Assembly (NCBI GenBank): GCA_028534125.1
Contig: CM052816.1
Location: forward strand, 76,634,001 to 76,698,000
Direction of reading: 5' to 3'
From: Lama glama
Lineage: Eukaryota
DNA length: 64,000 nucleotides
Below, in pieces: positions 12,616 through 25,850 of this stretch. Every line of letters begins with the position of its first letter. Within the stretch, counting starts at the first letter, position 1. The notes under the pieces are model-generated. The model was not told the origin of the DNA and made no database searches. It saw only the letters and a list, made by a program, of their open reading frames with translations. A program made the position numbers and the translations under genes.

Positions 12616-12951
12616 TTTTATTGTTACAGGCAAATAGAGAAACAAAATGGAAGCTGGAGACATTGTTTTTGGATATGAGTTACTCCTATGACATGGGATG
12701 ATGTAAGCCAAGACGGCAAATCAGAGGGTGGTGCATGGCATAAGATAGACTATTAATAAATATATGTTGGATACATGTATTAATAAGTGAGAGTCCCAAT
12801 CATAGACCAAGAAGATCTAAAGCAAATCTGCATGTGTATGATAGCATCAAAGAAGGTAGAAACAAGCTAAGATGGCCAAGACTTGGTTTTATTGTCAGCT
12901 CTGCACCCCTGGAGTGAACTAGATAGCTTAAAAGAACAGTTCTGGACTAAC

Positions 12952-13008
12952 TATTATTATTATTATTATTACTATTACTATTATTGTTGTTATTATTATT
13001 ATTATTAT
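12952..13008 (+). repeat. Imperfect (TAT)n microsatellite
   Basis: tattattattattattattactattactattattgttgttattattatt…. Confidence 0.92.
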
Positions 13009-14237
13009 AAAAAATACAAATTACTGACCTGAGCCACTCACTGTTTTGAAGACTTGTGTTTTGATTTAAGTAATTTTTTTCTTCTACTCCAGTCTCAGTG
13101 ATTTCATGAATTTAAGAAGTCCCAAAAGTAATGCAAAACGATATTGCAACTCACTGGATAATTTTGGTACAATAACAAATAAGGAAATGTGACTAATCTG
13201 CCTTTGTCTTATCTTTTTCCTGTAGTAATAAACCAGCTATTTTGAGATGGTTGAATATTGTCTTCCCTTCCCATACACTCCCTTTCCTAAAACACTTTTG
13301 GAGGTTTTGTTTGTGAAAAGAAATCTATTCTAATGACTTCGTTCACAACATGCAATCTACAAACTTCTGACAACAAGAATTCCCTCTTGTACTCTAAAAC
13401 AGTTGTGTCCTTGAACTCTGTACCAAAAAGGCTTTACCGTATAATGGTCAACATTTTCAAGTTCCCATCTAGTTATTACCATGATCTGGACAAGTCCCAT
13501 AAAAAGTAAAGAGAATGACATAACCATAGAAGGACTCCTGGAAGGTCCATTTTGCTGTGTTGGGTCTAGTTGCACTGACCAGTGGTATAGGTATGGGTCA
13601 CACTCTTCAGGTTATCAGCATGAATTCAGATGAGCTAAACGGAATAATGAGGTATTGGGTAGTCATGATGTTGGCAGTACCCAGGATCTCCAGGACTCAG
13701 ATGCAGTACTGAAGATGCAAATACTTTAACTGCAGATTAAATTGTAGATTAAATTAAATTCAGATTTAATTGGGATGTGGTGTGTGGATAGTTTCCAGGG
13801 CAACATAGTGGATTTCAGGCAAGTGAATCAGGAAGAAGAGCCTGGCTTGGAGCAGCCTAACCTCTCCAGGCAAAAATTACACTGTAGCTTCCAGAAGTCT
13901 CTGCTACCTTTTCTCTTAGATCAACTGAATTATCCCTGCTCAGTCTTCTTATTCCTGGCCAGGCTTTTGGGCTTAGGGGATCATCTGTTTATTCTGAAGA
14001 GGTCTCCTCACCATCTCTATCTTTTGGTGGGTATATTCTCTTTTTAAAAAGTATAGGCAATTTGCAAGAGAAATTTAACCATTTAGGGGGAAAAAAAGGC
14101 TTGTGTCACAGACTCTTCTACTTCTGCTGCTACTGTAGCCAAGCAAAATCCTAAGGAAGGTCATGAAAATAAAATTAATTTTGGTGTTACAAGGTAAGTG
14201 TATTTGATAGAGGTCACATTAAGTATGTAACCTGCTT

Positions 14238-15877
14238 GACACTTTTCACAGAACTAGATAATAATAAAATAATCCTAAAATTTACATGGAATCACAAAAG
14301 ACCCAGAATTGCCAAAGCAATACTGAAGAAAAAGAATGAAGCTGGAGGAATAACCCTCCCAGACTTCAGACAGTACTACAGAGCTACAATAATCAAAAGA
14401 GTGTGGTATTGACACAAAAATAGACATATGGGTCAAATGGAACAGAATAGAGAGCCCAGAAATAAACCCACACACCTACAGTCAATTAATCTTTGGCAAA
14501 GGAGGCAAGAATTTACAATGGAGAAAAGACAGTCTCTTCAGCAAGTGTGTTGGGAGAACTGGACAGTTGCATGTAAATCAATGAAATTAGAACACTCCCT
14601 CATACCATACATAAAAATAAACTCAACATGGCTTAAAGACTTAAACATAAGACAAGACACCATAAATCTCCTAGAAGAGAACATAGGAAACCATTCTCTG
14701 ACATAAATCAAAGCAGTGTTTTCCTAGGTCAGTCTACCAAGGCAATGGAAATAAAAGCAAAAATAGATAAATGGGACCTAATTAAACTTACAAGCTTTTG
14801 CACAGCAAAGGAAAACATAAACAAAATGAAAAAGCAATCTATGGTCTGGGAGAAAATGTTTGCAAACAATGAGACTGACAAGGACTTAACTTCTGGAATA
14901 TACAAACAGCTCATACAACTCAATGACAAAAAGCAAACAACCCAATCAAAAAATGGGCAGAAGATCTAAATAGACATTTCTCCAGTGAAGACATACAAGT
15001 GGCCAATAGGCACATGAAAAGATGCTCAGTATCGCTAATTATCAGAGAAATGCAAATCAAAACTACAATGAGGTATCACCTCACACCAGTCAGAATTGCC
15101 ATCATTAAAAATTCCACTAACAATAAATGCTGTAGAGGATGTGGAGAAAAGGGAACCCTCCTACACTATTGTTGGGAATGTAGTTTGGTGTAGCCATTAT
15201 GGAAAGCAGTATGGAGATTCCCTAAAAAACTGAAAATACATACCCTGTGATCCAGTAATCCCACTCCTCAGCATATATCCAGAGAAAACTTTAATTTGAA
15301 AAGATACATGCACCCCAATGTTTATAGCAGCACTATTTACAATAGCCAAGACATGGAAGCAACCTAAACGTCCATTGACAGATGATCAGATAAAGAAGTT
15401 GTGGTGTATATATACAATGGAATACTATTCAGCTATAAAAAATGAAATAATGCCATTTGCAGCAGCATGGATGGACCTAGAAATTATCATACTAAGTGAA
15501 GTAAGTCAAACAGAGAAAGACAAATATAATATGGTATCATTTATATGTGGAATCTAAAAAAAAAAGAAAGGCACAAATGACCATATTTACAAAACAGAAA
15601 CAGACTCACAGACATAGAAAACAAACTTATGGTTACCAAAGGGGAAAGTGGAAGTGGGGAAGGATAAATTAGGAGTTTAGGATGATCAGGTACAAACTAT
15701 TACATATAAAATAGGTGAACAGCAAGGTCCTACTGTATAGCACAGGGAACTATATGTAATAGATTGTAGTAACCTATAATGAAAAAGAATATATGCATAT
15801 GTATAACTGAATCACTTTGCTGTACACAAGAAACAAACACAACATTGTAAATCAACTATACTTCAATTTTAAAATAA
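14238..15877 (+). mobile_element. 5'-truncated L1 (ORF2 C-terminus + 3' UTR), frameshifted
   Basis: Consecutive ORFs ([68 protein letters not shown]) are L1 ORF2 in shifting frames, followed by a 3' UTR ending tgtaaatcaactatacttcaa. Confidence 0.97.
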
Positions 15878-16038
15878 TGTATAAATGTATACCTTATAAT
15901 ACTTTGGAATTCTTGATCAAGAGTAGAAAGAATAGTGTATTGAATTTTTAAAAACTGAATGTCACTATTTTGAAAGTCGAATGCATGCAGGTCAGAAAGT
16001 CTCAGAAGGGAAAGTTTGGTGTCTGATTTGGCTTAAGT

Positions 16039-16204
16039 CAGTGGTTCACCATTTTGGTTACACTTTAGGATTGACTGGAGGGCTTTTAAGAAATTTACAC
16101 TTCAGATAAGTTAACTCAGAGTCTTCGGGAGAGGAACCTCCAACACTGGTATTGTTTAAAATGTTCCACAGGAATTAACATGCATTCAGAATGGAAACCC
16201 ACTG
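16039..16204. mobile_element. MER5-type hAT-Charlie remnant
   Basis: cagtggttc…aaacccactg termini, length about 165 bp. Confidence 0.6.
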
Positions 16205-18369
16205 GCAGAAATTATCCTGATTGGTTGGTTCCCTTGACCAGAGGTTCCCAAACGTGGCTGTTTACATGCTGTTGAAAACAGATTCCTAAACACAGAGGGA
16301 TGAATCAGAGTCTTTAAGGGTGGGAGTGGGCGGAGGAGGGGGTTGTGGTGTGGTGATAAAGAGCAGAAATCTATATTTTAAGAGTACTTTATGGGAAATT
16401 ACTTCGTTTTACCATCCAAACCCTTAGGAACAATTCTGAAGCTTTACGCTCCGGTTTGCTAAGATGGGCCATCTACTAAGTCGTACCGCTTGGCTCAAAC
16501 CCTCTTCAATCTTATTGAGGCTATTGCCTTGACTCTGCTTGATACAAAACAATTCTAGTTTAATTTTCCAGGCGGCCTTTCTCTGTCACATTTTTACAAG
16601 AGAATGAGACTGCTTTGATAAACACTGGTTTTATAAATCTATGTGCTGGGATTTTGGAATACCTATGCTCTGTGAATGCTCATGCCGTGTGTTACGGTGA
16701 ACCAGGAAGAATACAAAGATATATGATTTGTAAAAACTGAGCTCCATTATAGATTCCTACCGAAATTTATCACCCCACCTTCCTAGTCTCTCCTCGTGGA
16801 CTAACTCTTCTGAAGTTTTCCCACTAGCAAGCATCAAAGACTGTCCTGCGCTCCCAAAGGCCTGCCGAGGCTAGAGAGTCACTCACTGACACCGCTGCTG
16901 CAGCAGAAGGCTGACTTCCCAATTTCCGAATGTGTCTGTTTCCATTGGCCAGCAATATTTTATTCTTTGTGGTTTCCCAGGCCTCTCAATTTACTCTTCC
17001 TCTGTGATGGAAAGAGTAGGGAAGGCACCCTCTCTGCATTTTTCTCCAGTCCTTCCAAGACCGAGCACACTTCCTGTTCAATGGGGAGAAAAGTCCACTT
17101 TCCACTCACCACTGACTTCCTCTACCTGGAGCTGATGGATTTTAAAATCTGGGATTTGGGGGCTGCCCCAGGCTGCCTTGTTTTGTTCTGAGGTGCCCTC
17201 AGAATGGAATTGTAGCTATGACTCAACCTAGTACTGCTGAAAGGAAAAAATCTGCCAGGGACAGAGACTAGGTATTTTACAAACAGACCTCAAGAAATAG
17301 CTTTGATTTGACCTCAGTCCTATCAAACAGCAAAAACAGACTTCGTGGTAGACATTCCTGAGGCCATAAATTCAAGAAATTTGGGCCTTTTAATCTAGTA
17401 GAATAGAAATTTTGTTTATCCCAGAAAACTTTTCTCATTCTGAATATAGAAATTTTGTTTTAGAAGATTGAGCCTAGATTAGCGAAGAAGGCTGCATATG
17501 TTGACCAGAAGACCTTAAAAATAGCTCAAATTTACACTTCTGTCAACCACTGAATATAACCATAGCCAATCCAGTTTCCTCACATAAAAAAGGAATGTTG
17601 GTAAAAGGAAGTTTTCAGGGAAAATGGAGATCAGAGTGAATAAAGTCAAAGGGAAGAAGATACTGAATACTGACAATCTTCCAGGAACTCAGTTTATACT
17701 CAGAGAGAGCAGACATACAAAAATGAGGATGCAGTTGAGGGAAGCATTGCATCTTAAATGCACTCATTTTACAGTGCCTCCACCACAGGGTGAAACAAAA
17801 CAAAACAAAAACACAAAGGAACTTTAAAAATTGAGTTGTTTAGTTTCTTGAGAAACATAATAGTCCCTGAAGGAAGATAAGACAGACACCATGAAAGGTG
17901 AAACAATAATACAGTGTGGCATTTGACTAGATTCTAAGAAATTGGAGCAAATGTTGCCATGGTTTAGAGGTTTTTCTTAGTAGGGTGTTGTCTTTAACCA
18001 AATAGGATGCAGCTGGGCCTTCAAAGATAGGTAAGATTTCAAAATAAGGAACTGACTATTCCAAGAAAAATAATTAAATGACTATAACGATCATCATAAT
18101 CTTATTCTCACTTGAAATAAAGAATAATAAAGAATTTGTTTATTCATTTGTAGCTGTTTTGAATTATTTTATCTTCATGCAGTACATATAGGCTGGGTCT
18201 AGAAGCTCCCTCAGATTCCATGCAGATCTGAGAGAGTCTTGGCTTCCACTGGCATCGCTGACGATCCAAAGGGCCAAGATTAACTCTAGTTAAAACCTTT
18301 GGAGTCTGTATATCAAGTCACTCAAGGAACTGGTCTCATTACATGATATTGACCCTCAGCGTCCAGCTT

Positions 18370-18653
18370 GATCCCATTCACTCAGCAAACTAGATTCCAA
18401 ATGATGGGAAAAATTAAATCTGTCCTCAAAGGAAAATATTTTACCACTAGTGAGGTTATTAAAAAAAAAATACTGCAGCTCACAAAAATAATTGCATAAA
18501 AAGGAATCCCAAAATGGATTTAGTGGCATCACCACTGAAATGAATCATCCTCCTTTGACGAGTACATGAAGGGAATACCCCTCTTTGGATCAAGGATCTC
18601 TGACATCGCTTTTTAAAATCCAAGCCCATTGTCTTTTAGTTATATCTCATGTA
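18370..18653 (+). mobile_element. MARNA-like Tc1/mariner fossil (3' part)
   Basis: aaaaattaaatctgtcctcaaaggaaaatattttaccactagtgaggttatt…ttttagttatatctcatgta resembles the mariner transposase C-terminal segment and terminal repeat ending in TA. Confidence 0.6.
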
Positions 18654-18769
18654 AATGATGTGGTTTCAAGGCTTTCTTGGGCCCCCTGATTTTCCATTTG
18701 ATTTGGGGTTGAAGGAATCGCTGAATCATTCCTGGTTGCTTATCTGGATGAGCCCACAGTATTGAGACA

Positions 18770-18930
18770 GGGAGGAAGAGCCTAAGCCTTGGAGTCGGAC
18801 GGACTGTTTCAACCTAGCGTCCACCACCTATCAACATGTGACATCGTATAAGTCACTTAACCTGTCTAAGCCTCGGAAACTCCATCTGAAAATAGGGATA
18901 ACATACAATATGTAACAAGTACATTATAAA
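18770..18930 (+). mobile_element. MIR SINE
   Basis: ttggagtcggac…tgtgacatcgtataagtcacttaacctgtctaagcctcgg…catctgaaaatagggataa. Confidence 0.75.
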
Positions 18931-19792
18931 GGTTGATTCTCAATGCACAGGACTATTGGTCTCTGCATCTCGTAAGTATTTACATGTATTATTATTTCTC
19001 ATGTGATTCTGGACAAATCCTTAACTCTTTCCAGGTTTCAGCTGTTGTGGTTGTGCATGAGTGGGACCTTACAACAATCACTTCCTTCCAGATCTAAGAT
19101 TATATGAAGGAAATCACATCTGCCACCAACCTAAACCACAGACACAAGTTAGGAATTTCTGCTGAGAAGTGGTTATACTTCTGCATTAATGGAATTTCAC
19201 AATTTACTTAAAGAAGACCAAGCAGTGGAGGCAGAGGGTTTGCTAGCTGCATATTTCTCCAAAACACATTTTCCTAATGGGGTTCTGGGTGAAAACCCCA
19301 TTTTAGGGAAGAGGAAGAACACCATCTGTTGGAAACAGGAAAACAGCCCTGATGTTTTCCATGGGACTTTACTCATGTATTTATACAAAATTCATGTTAT
19401 TTTTAGAACTTCTCACACAAGATTATATGTGAGTCAGGATGCTATGGCCAAGGAACAAGAGACAGGCCTGCGAGCGGGGAGGCCTTGCTTCGATTCCCAG
19501 CTCTCCCACCTGCTACCTGTGTGACCTGAACCTCCCTTGCCTGATCCTCAGGAATAAGAATCTCCACATTTAGGGGCGCTGTGTGTTGGCATTGCAGGGG
19601 GCCTGGAATGTCACAGGGACTCACTCCCAGCTCTCTTCTCTTCCCCACTCCACAGAGCAGGGATGTCACCGTAGTCTTCTTGGTCGTGAGAGCTGCCAGC
19701 ACTAGACGGGCGGATAATAGACGTTCAATAAGCATTTGCTGGGTTGAATTGACTCTCAGGAATTGGATGACTTCCAGAGAAAATGGAAACCA

Positions 19793-20064
19793 TTTTTTAA
19801 AAATTATTTATTTATTTATTTATTTTTGAAGTATAGTTGATTTACAATACTATATTAGTTTCAGATATACAACATAGTGATTTAATATTTTTATAGATTA
19901 AAGTTCATTTAAAGTTTTTACAAAATAATGGCTCTATTTCCCTGAGCTGCATGGTATATCCTTACTGCTTGTTTATTTTATACATAGTGGTTGGTACCTC
20001 TTAATCCCCTACCTCCATCTTGCCTTTTTCCTCTTCTCTCTCCCCACCGGTAACTACTAGTTTT
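19793..20064 (-). mobile_element. L1 3' UTR fragment with (TTTA)n tail
   Basis: tttttgaagtatagttgatttacaatac…ccccaccggtaactactagttt reverse L1 3' end. Confidence 0.88.
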
Positions 20065-20151
20065 CATTTTTTAATGATTAATTAAAATAGTGATCTGCCA
20101 ACATTTTATGCTACATCTAGAATCAGGCTGGTTTAAAAGTAGCTTTTCCCA

Positions 20152-20336
20152 GGGGGAGGGTGTAGCTCCGTGGTAGAGTGTGTGCTAGCATGCACAAGGT
20201 CCTGGGTTCAATCCCCAGCACCTGCGATAAAAAATATGTATGTAAATAAATAAACAATGACCACCCCCAGCAATAAATAAATAAATAAACAAACAAACAA
20301 GCAAGCATGTGGAAATATTTAAAATAAACAAGCAAA
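20152..20336 (+). mobile_element. tRNA-derived SINE (camelid vic-1-like) with long A-rich tail
   Basis: ggggagggtgtagctccgtggtagag…gtcctgggttcaatccccagcacc; 17-bp TSD aaaagtagcttttccca/aaaagtagcatttccca. Confidence 0.92.
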
Positions 20337-21039
20337 AAAAGTAGCATTTCCCAAAGCGTTCAGACAAGAGCTGTTAGAGAAAGGAGTCCAGCTCTTCAAT
20401 GTTTTTGAAAAAGCTGGTGCTCTGAATATGTAATACACTCCCACACACATGCACTTCAGGATTCACGGTGTGAAATAACAGGGCGAGAGCTCTATAAAAT
20501 GCTGCAGCAAGAAGCTGGTTTGGCTGTGTCTAAGTCAGTAGTCTTTGACCATGGAACCCTCTGAACACAAATTGAGAAATACTATTTTTTCAAGAAAGGG
20601 AAAGGAAATAACAAGTATGCATAATATATTTAGATTTTTGAAAGCCATTAGGAAATCTGTTTTAGAACTTCAGTAACTATGAGACTGGGTTCAAGGTTCA
20701 GATGTAAACAAGAAACTTTGACTAAGACTTAAAAATAGAAAACTCAATGTGATTAACAAATGGATACTACTATGCTGGAAATAACTTTCCCAAATACTTC
20801 AGAATTCTTTCTCCAAACAGGTATTATCATTTAATATCTGGAGAGATTATAGAGAAGAATGAACTAGCATTGATCAGTGAGCAATAAATAAACATTTTGA
20901 AATTAATTAATTTAAATCAATAAAGTAAATTAATAAAAAAATAAATTACTAAAAATGTGGCTGACATTAAACTACAATTCATGAGATGTGGCAGATAAAT
21001 TTTAATGAGAGTATTTAGGTCTTGATCTCTGAAGTTAAT

Positions 21040-22050
21040 TTAACCAATATATATATATTAAGTGCCTATTACATGTCAGATGGGGTGCTGGTTTCTAGAA
21101 ACAAACCAGTGGGGGAAAATCCTTACCTGCATGGAGCTTACAGTGAATGTAAGAAACAGATATAAATCTAATAATAAAAAGAAATGTCAAGTTGTGCGTG
21201 CAATAAGTTCTGTGAAAGAAGACAGATTTGTGCTCTGATTTCTACCTTGGACAATGAGGTCAGGAACCACCCATGCTTTGCTTACTATTACATCCCCAGT
21301 CCCTGGCACAGAGCTTGCCACAGAGAGCTGCTCAATGGATAACTGTTGGATTATCTGAATGAATGAATAAGTGAATGAATGAAAGACAATAGAAGGATAT
21401 GACATAGTGAGAGTTCTCAGGGAAGAGGACCTGTATTCAAGAAATTGATTTCTGAAGGATGTTCACCGAGTGAAGAAGGGAGGGAAGATTATGGCAGGGA
21501 ATTCACGTGCAAGGGTAGAAGCATGACATACTCAAGGAAAGGCAGACAGGCGGGGGTGGTTGTCATAAAGAGAGAATGGAGTCTCCTATACAAGATGCAC
21601 AGACATCTTTCTAAGCAAGGGAGGGAGGGCAGGTCCTCTAAGACTAGTTGAGGGGTTTTGTTTTTATCTTAAGGTCAAGAGAAAACCACTGAGTGCTTTA
21701 AGCCAATGGAAGGGTAACACAATCAGGTTTGTGTTTAAAGTTGTCATTCTGCTTATTGACTTGGGGTGGGGAGGGAGGAGCAGAAGGAGATGTAGGTGGG
21801 CTACCTGGGAAGCCACGGCAGTAGTGTAGGTAAGAGGCGATGGTGACTTGGATTAAAGCAGTTCATGGAGGAGTAGACTGATTTCAAGAGAAGTTTAGAA
21901 GGTGAAACTACAGCTGAAAGGACAGAGAGATGAAGAAAAGAGAGCTGTCAAGGAAGGCTCTTGTATTTCTGGCTTGAGTAACTGAAAAGAGGCCGTGTCA
22001 TTCACAGAGTTAGGAAATAACGTGAGACCCAGAGGGGCAGGAATTCATGG
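21040..22050 (-). mobile_element. L2 fragments (minus strand) interrupted by a plus-strand L2 3' end at ~21245-21385
   Basis: Minus: ttaagtgcctattacatgtcag…ctgcatggagcttacag and the purine-rich L2 body. Plus: ccctggcacagagcttgccacagagagctgctcaatgg…tgaatgaatgaa. Confidence 0.65.
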
Positions 22051-22261
22051 ATTCAGGTACACTTACTGAATGAATGGTTGTGAATGCATAATTTAGGGCT
22101 TGAGAAAAAGAATCAGAAAATATTTATTTGCCTCATTCTTTCTTGATTCACACATGATTAGTGAGCACCTATTCTAGCCAAGGTTGTGGTAGTCATTGCT
22201 CCTTAAGGACACTGATCACTGTGTATCCCTGAATTTTTTTAAAAGCCACAAGAAAAAAAAA

Positions 22262-22404
22262 GTGTAACTTTGTGAACTCTGCGAGGTGATAGATGTTAGC
22301 TAAACTTATTGCGGTGATCACTTCACAATATGTACATATATCAAATCATTGTGCTCTATATCTTAAACTAATACGAAGTTATATGTCAATTATATCTCAA
22401 TAAC
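22262..22404 (+). mobile_element. L1MA/MB-type 3' end
   Basis: gaggtgatagatgttagctaaacttattgcggtgatcacttcacaatatgtacatatatcaaatcatt…gtcaattatatctcaataa. Confidence 0.85.
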
Positions 22405-23979
22405 CAGGGGTTGAGGGAGCCAATACAATGTTGGGCACATGAAAAATGATTTTAGGAGTCATTATACTTTCCCTGTACAAAGCAGAACTGTATTTCTCTC
22501 TCAACATAATATGATTTTAGCATCATTCTTTTAGCATCATTCCTTTTCAAGAAGCCCATAAAGGACTGAAAAATGACCATAAAAATGCAAGTGAAATAAT
22601 ATATTGTTGAGGGTCAGAGGTAATCCCCCTCAAAGTTCACTCAAAATACTGAAAACTGAGGAGAGGAAAGATAAAGTCCAAAGAACAACGAATAGAGAGT
22701 CATAATATTACCTTCTTTGCAGGGCTGCTGTAAAGCTCTCAGTTGAGACAATTTTGGACCTATTGGATTTCCTAAGTGTTGGCCCCAGTATTACTGGTAT
22801 CATTAAAGTTATCACTTCAGGAGGTGGTTGAGACTAAAAGCACAAATTAATTGAAGAATGTTTTAGGTAACCTCGTAGCTGATGGATTCACAGATATTGT
22901 AGTCATCAAGAGGGATTAGAAAGTTTGAGGCTGAGGCATAATCACTACACTACACTGGTTATTGAGTTTAACCCACTAGGTAAATCTTGTATTTTATGTT
23001 AATTATTTCTCACGGGTCCATTCAGGCTGCCTTCCCAAATACCAATGCTGATAAAACTGAATTGATCCAATTTCTGAACGTAGAAGACTTACACTGTCAT
23101 GACATGGGCATCAACTCCACGTGAAAAATTCAACTGCAGGACTGTCATAAAATTATACTTATGCTCAAACAGTTGCACACTTCTATGAGAACAAGACTTT
23201 ACCCCTCCATTTCTCTCCCAATGAAATGCTTTTTTGTCTAACATAAGAGATGCGTTAATTACCCAGCTTAAAAAGCACGTAGAGAGAAGGGGATATACTC
23301 AATCCATCTCATTGAACATGCAGTGGATTTAAAGACAACTCTGATTCTTTCTGATATGCAGTGTGCCCCACAGGTCCCTCTGGAACACAAGAGGGGGAAA
23401 TGTCCTTCAAAAATAATTTACTTATTGACGTCAGTTCGTCCGAAGTAAAACAATTATGTGCTTTCAATCCATTTTATCTCAAACAATTATGCATTGAGAG
23501 TCAGCTATATGTCTGCCATTGTCCTAGGAGTCATGCAAGGCCAAGAAGTTTAAGAGTCAGTTCCTAGGGCCCACAAGTAGATGATTGACTTGTCAGACAA
23601 GTCACACACACATGAAACACAGCAATGTGCAGGGCGCCATGTGACTGATTACCAAAGACACATTCACAGGAGGTTTCAAAGGGGGATAGAGATGGGAATG
23701 ACCAGGCTTTGTGGAGACTCTCATCTAAGGAAATAACATTTGATTTGAGCCTTAAAGAGTAACTTGGATAAATCTGGAAGTTGCAAACTCATTCCTAGCT
23801 GAAGCAACCGAAGCAAGCTTGACAGCGCGCAGAGGTGGAGGATGTGGCATCATTTTGTGTCTGCAGAGAATAATGTAAAATTGTAAAATAGTGTCTCTTC
23901 AGGATCGTGGGGCAGGGAGATCTTCACAATCAACTGAGGAGACTGGAGTGAGAGAGGGCAATGTGTTGAAGGAATAAGG

Positions 23980-24036
23980 GTGTGAATGTATATACGGTTA
24001 TGTATGTGTGTATGTATGTGTGTACATATGTATGTA
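23980..24036 (+). repeat. Degenerate (TGTA)/(TG) simple repeat
   Basis: tatgtatgtgtgtatgtatgtgtgtacatatgtatgta. Confidence 0.75.
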
Positions 24037-24816
24037 CTTATTTAATAGCTGGGGAAATTGTCAGAACTCCCATTTTCAGTATAACCCCAGGTGATAATGC
24101 TGACATATACATCATGTATCTGCAGCATGTGGCACTTAAATCTTGCCAACACTGAACAAATTCTGGACTCAAAGTGGGTGTTCATCCTACTCTTTCATCC
24201 AGGGACTCTCGCCTAGCAACACATAGAAGGACTCTTTTGACTTGGAACTTCTGTAGAAGAAAGGATTTCCCTAGAATGATTACACCCACACTCTCAAGTG
24301 AGAGTTTTATGCACTTTAATTTTCTAATTATAAATTAATTATAAATTATGATTTATAGAGGATCATCCACGTGTTTTACTAAGCAACTAGTCATAAGACT
24401 TATCTACATGGCTAGAGGCTATAGGAACAGATCTGATCATCTCTGATGCTCTTCTCTGTGTATGCAGTTATCTGCACAATATGACGTCTAGTTGGGGCTG
24501 CAATGTCCATTTCTTTCTTCAGTGTCGTTTTTTCTAAGTCAAGGTCACTATTCATGCCATGGCTCCTCTTTCGCGATGAAATTCTTCATCAAGTTCTGCT
24601 TCCCTCAAATGCTGACCGTGGCTTGGCTGCACTCTACTCTGTGTCTGCAAGTGCCTTCTCCCTGCAGCTGCGTTTCCTCTGGGAGAGCAGTGGTCTTCTG
24701 TCTGCTGTCGCAAGCAACAGTCACTTCTTCTTGCAGTGAGAACTGAAACCAGAACCACCATATGCCATTTCCTGGACACTTCCTATTAAAGTCCCCTATC
24801 CCTCACCAGCAAAAGC

Positions 24817-25055
24817 TGTAGTTTAGTCGTTAGGAGCACAGGTTCTTGGATTTGAACATCAGCGTTGCAACTTATCAACCATATGCTCTCGGACATTTAA
24901 CATTTCTGTACATCAGCTTTCCTTTTTCTTAGAATGGGATAATAATAGTGCCAACCCATAGAGTCACTGGGAGGATTAATGAAGTGGATGCACGCAAAGG
25001 GATTTAGAAGACTGGCACATAACAAGCACTCAGTAAAGGCTGACCTATGATTATC
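24817..25055 (+). mobile_element. MIR SINE
   Basis: gtagtttagtcgttaggagcacagg…aatgggataataatagtgccaacccatagagtc…gaggattaatg…ctggcacataacaagcactcagtaaa. Confidence 0.8.
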
Positions 25056-25589
25056 ATTTAATCTCTTTGTGCCCCCAAAGCATGTGGATTACATGTGTAC
25101 ATCACTCACGCACTCGCTTCCTCCACTCAAAACAGATTCTTACGCTACGATCTTTATCACTGGCATTTGACTAGGTACTTGAGTATTTCTGGGCATTTAC
25201 TTCTATGCATCGATGTGAATGGCAACACCAAGCATACAGACGACAACATTATCATTCAGTCCTAACCTTTCTAACTGTTTGCAAAGAAATCTTGCTGGGA
25301 ATTGAGAAGTGATAGAAATCTTTTAGGACCTGATGCACTTGACCTGAAGTTTCAAAGTAAATGAAGTCTGACACTCTTAAATGCTTTTGTGGCTATGCCT
25401 TTACAAAATTTCTCAGTTTACAGAAAGTTCATCACTAGTCCATCGGGCGGTTGACACATCCCTGAACCTGTACTCTGGGGGGAACTGAAACAATGTAAAG
25501 CAGTGTAATTTTATTAATGACCTTGTTATAGAGATGAGATTTTTGTGTATGAAAAACTTAAAAAGCGATACAAAATTGAGGATATTACA

Positions 25590-25850
25590 TCAGGTCAGAA
25601 AGGAGTGAGATCAAATAGGCTTAAGTTGTAGTGTGAGGGGCATAGAGTAAATATCAGGAAACATTTATGAACAGTAAATGCTGTTAGAAGGGGTCATTAC
25701 AATCTCCTTCCCCAAGAGCCCTTAACAAATGAGGATTTAGATAAAATCCTGTTTCAGCTCAGTAATTCAATGCATACTTTGGAAGCAAAGAGAGTGGATT
25801 TGATTATCTTGTTAAGGGTCCTTTGGTCCTCTGATGCTAAAATTCTGAGA
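25590..25850 (+). mobile_element. L3/CR1 LINE 3' fragment
   Basis: aataggcttaagttgtag…taaatatcaggaaacattt…aatctccttccc…aagggtcctttggtcctctgatgctaaaattctg resembles the CR1/L3 3' end. Confidence 0.55.

Noticed and set aside
14428..15557. Cluster of protein-like ORFs
   Set aside because: Frameshifted L1 ORF2 remnants, not a host gene or an active element.
20152..20225. tRNA-like sequences (also 9825-9900 and 63009-63082)
   Set aside because: A-rich tails, TSDs on two of three copies and degenerate stems indicate SINEs rather than tRNA genes.
22515..22542. Perfect 14-bp tandem duplication (ttttagcatcattc)x2; similar 15-bp direct repeats at 17403/17446 and 7479/7505
   Set aside because: Ordinary small slippage or repair duplications. 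Only two units each, so not arrays or CRISPR-like.
24492..24779. Overlapping ORFs suggestive of a processed pseudogene
   Set aside because: No recognisable protein, poly-A tail or TSD.
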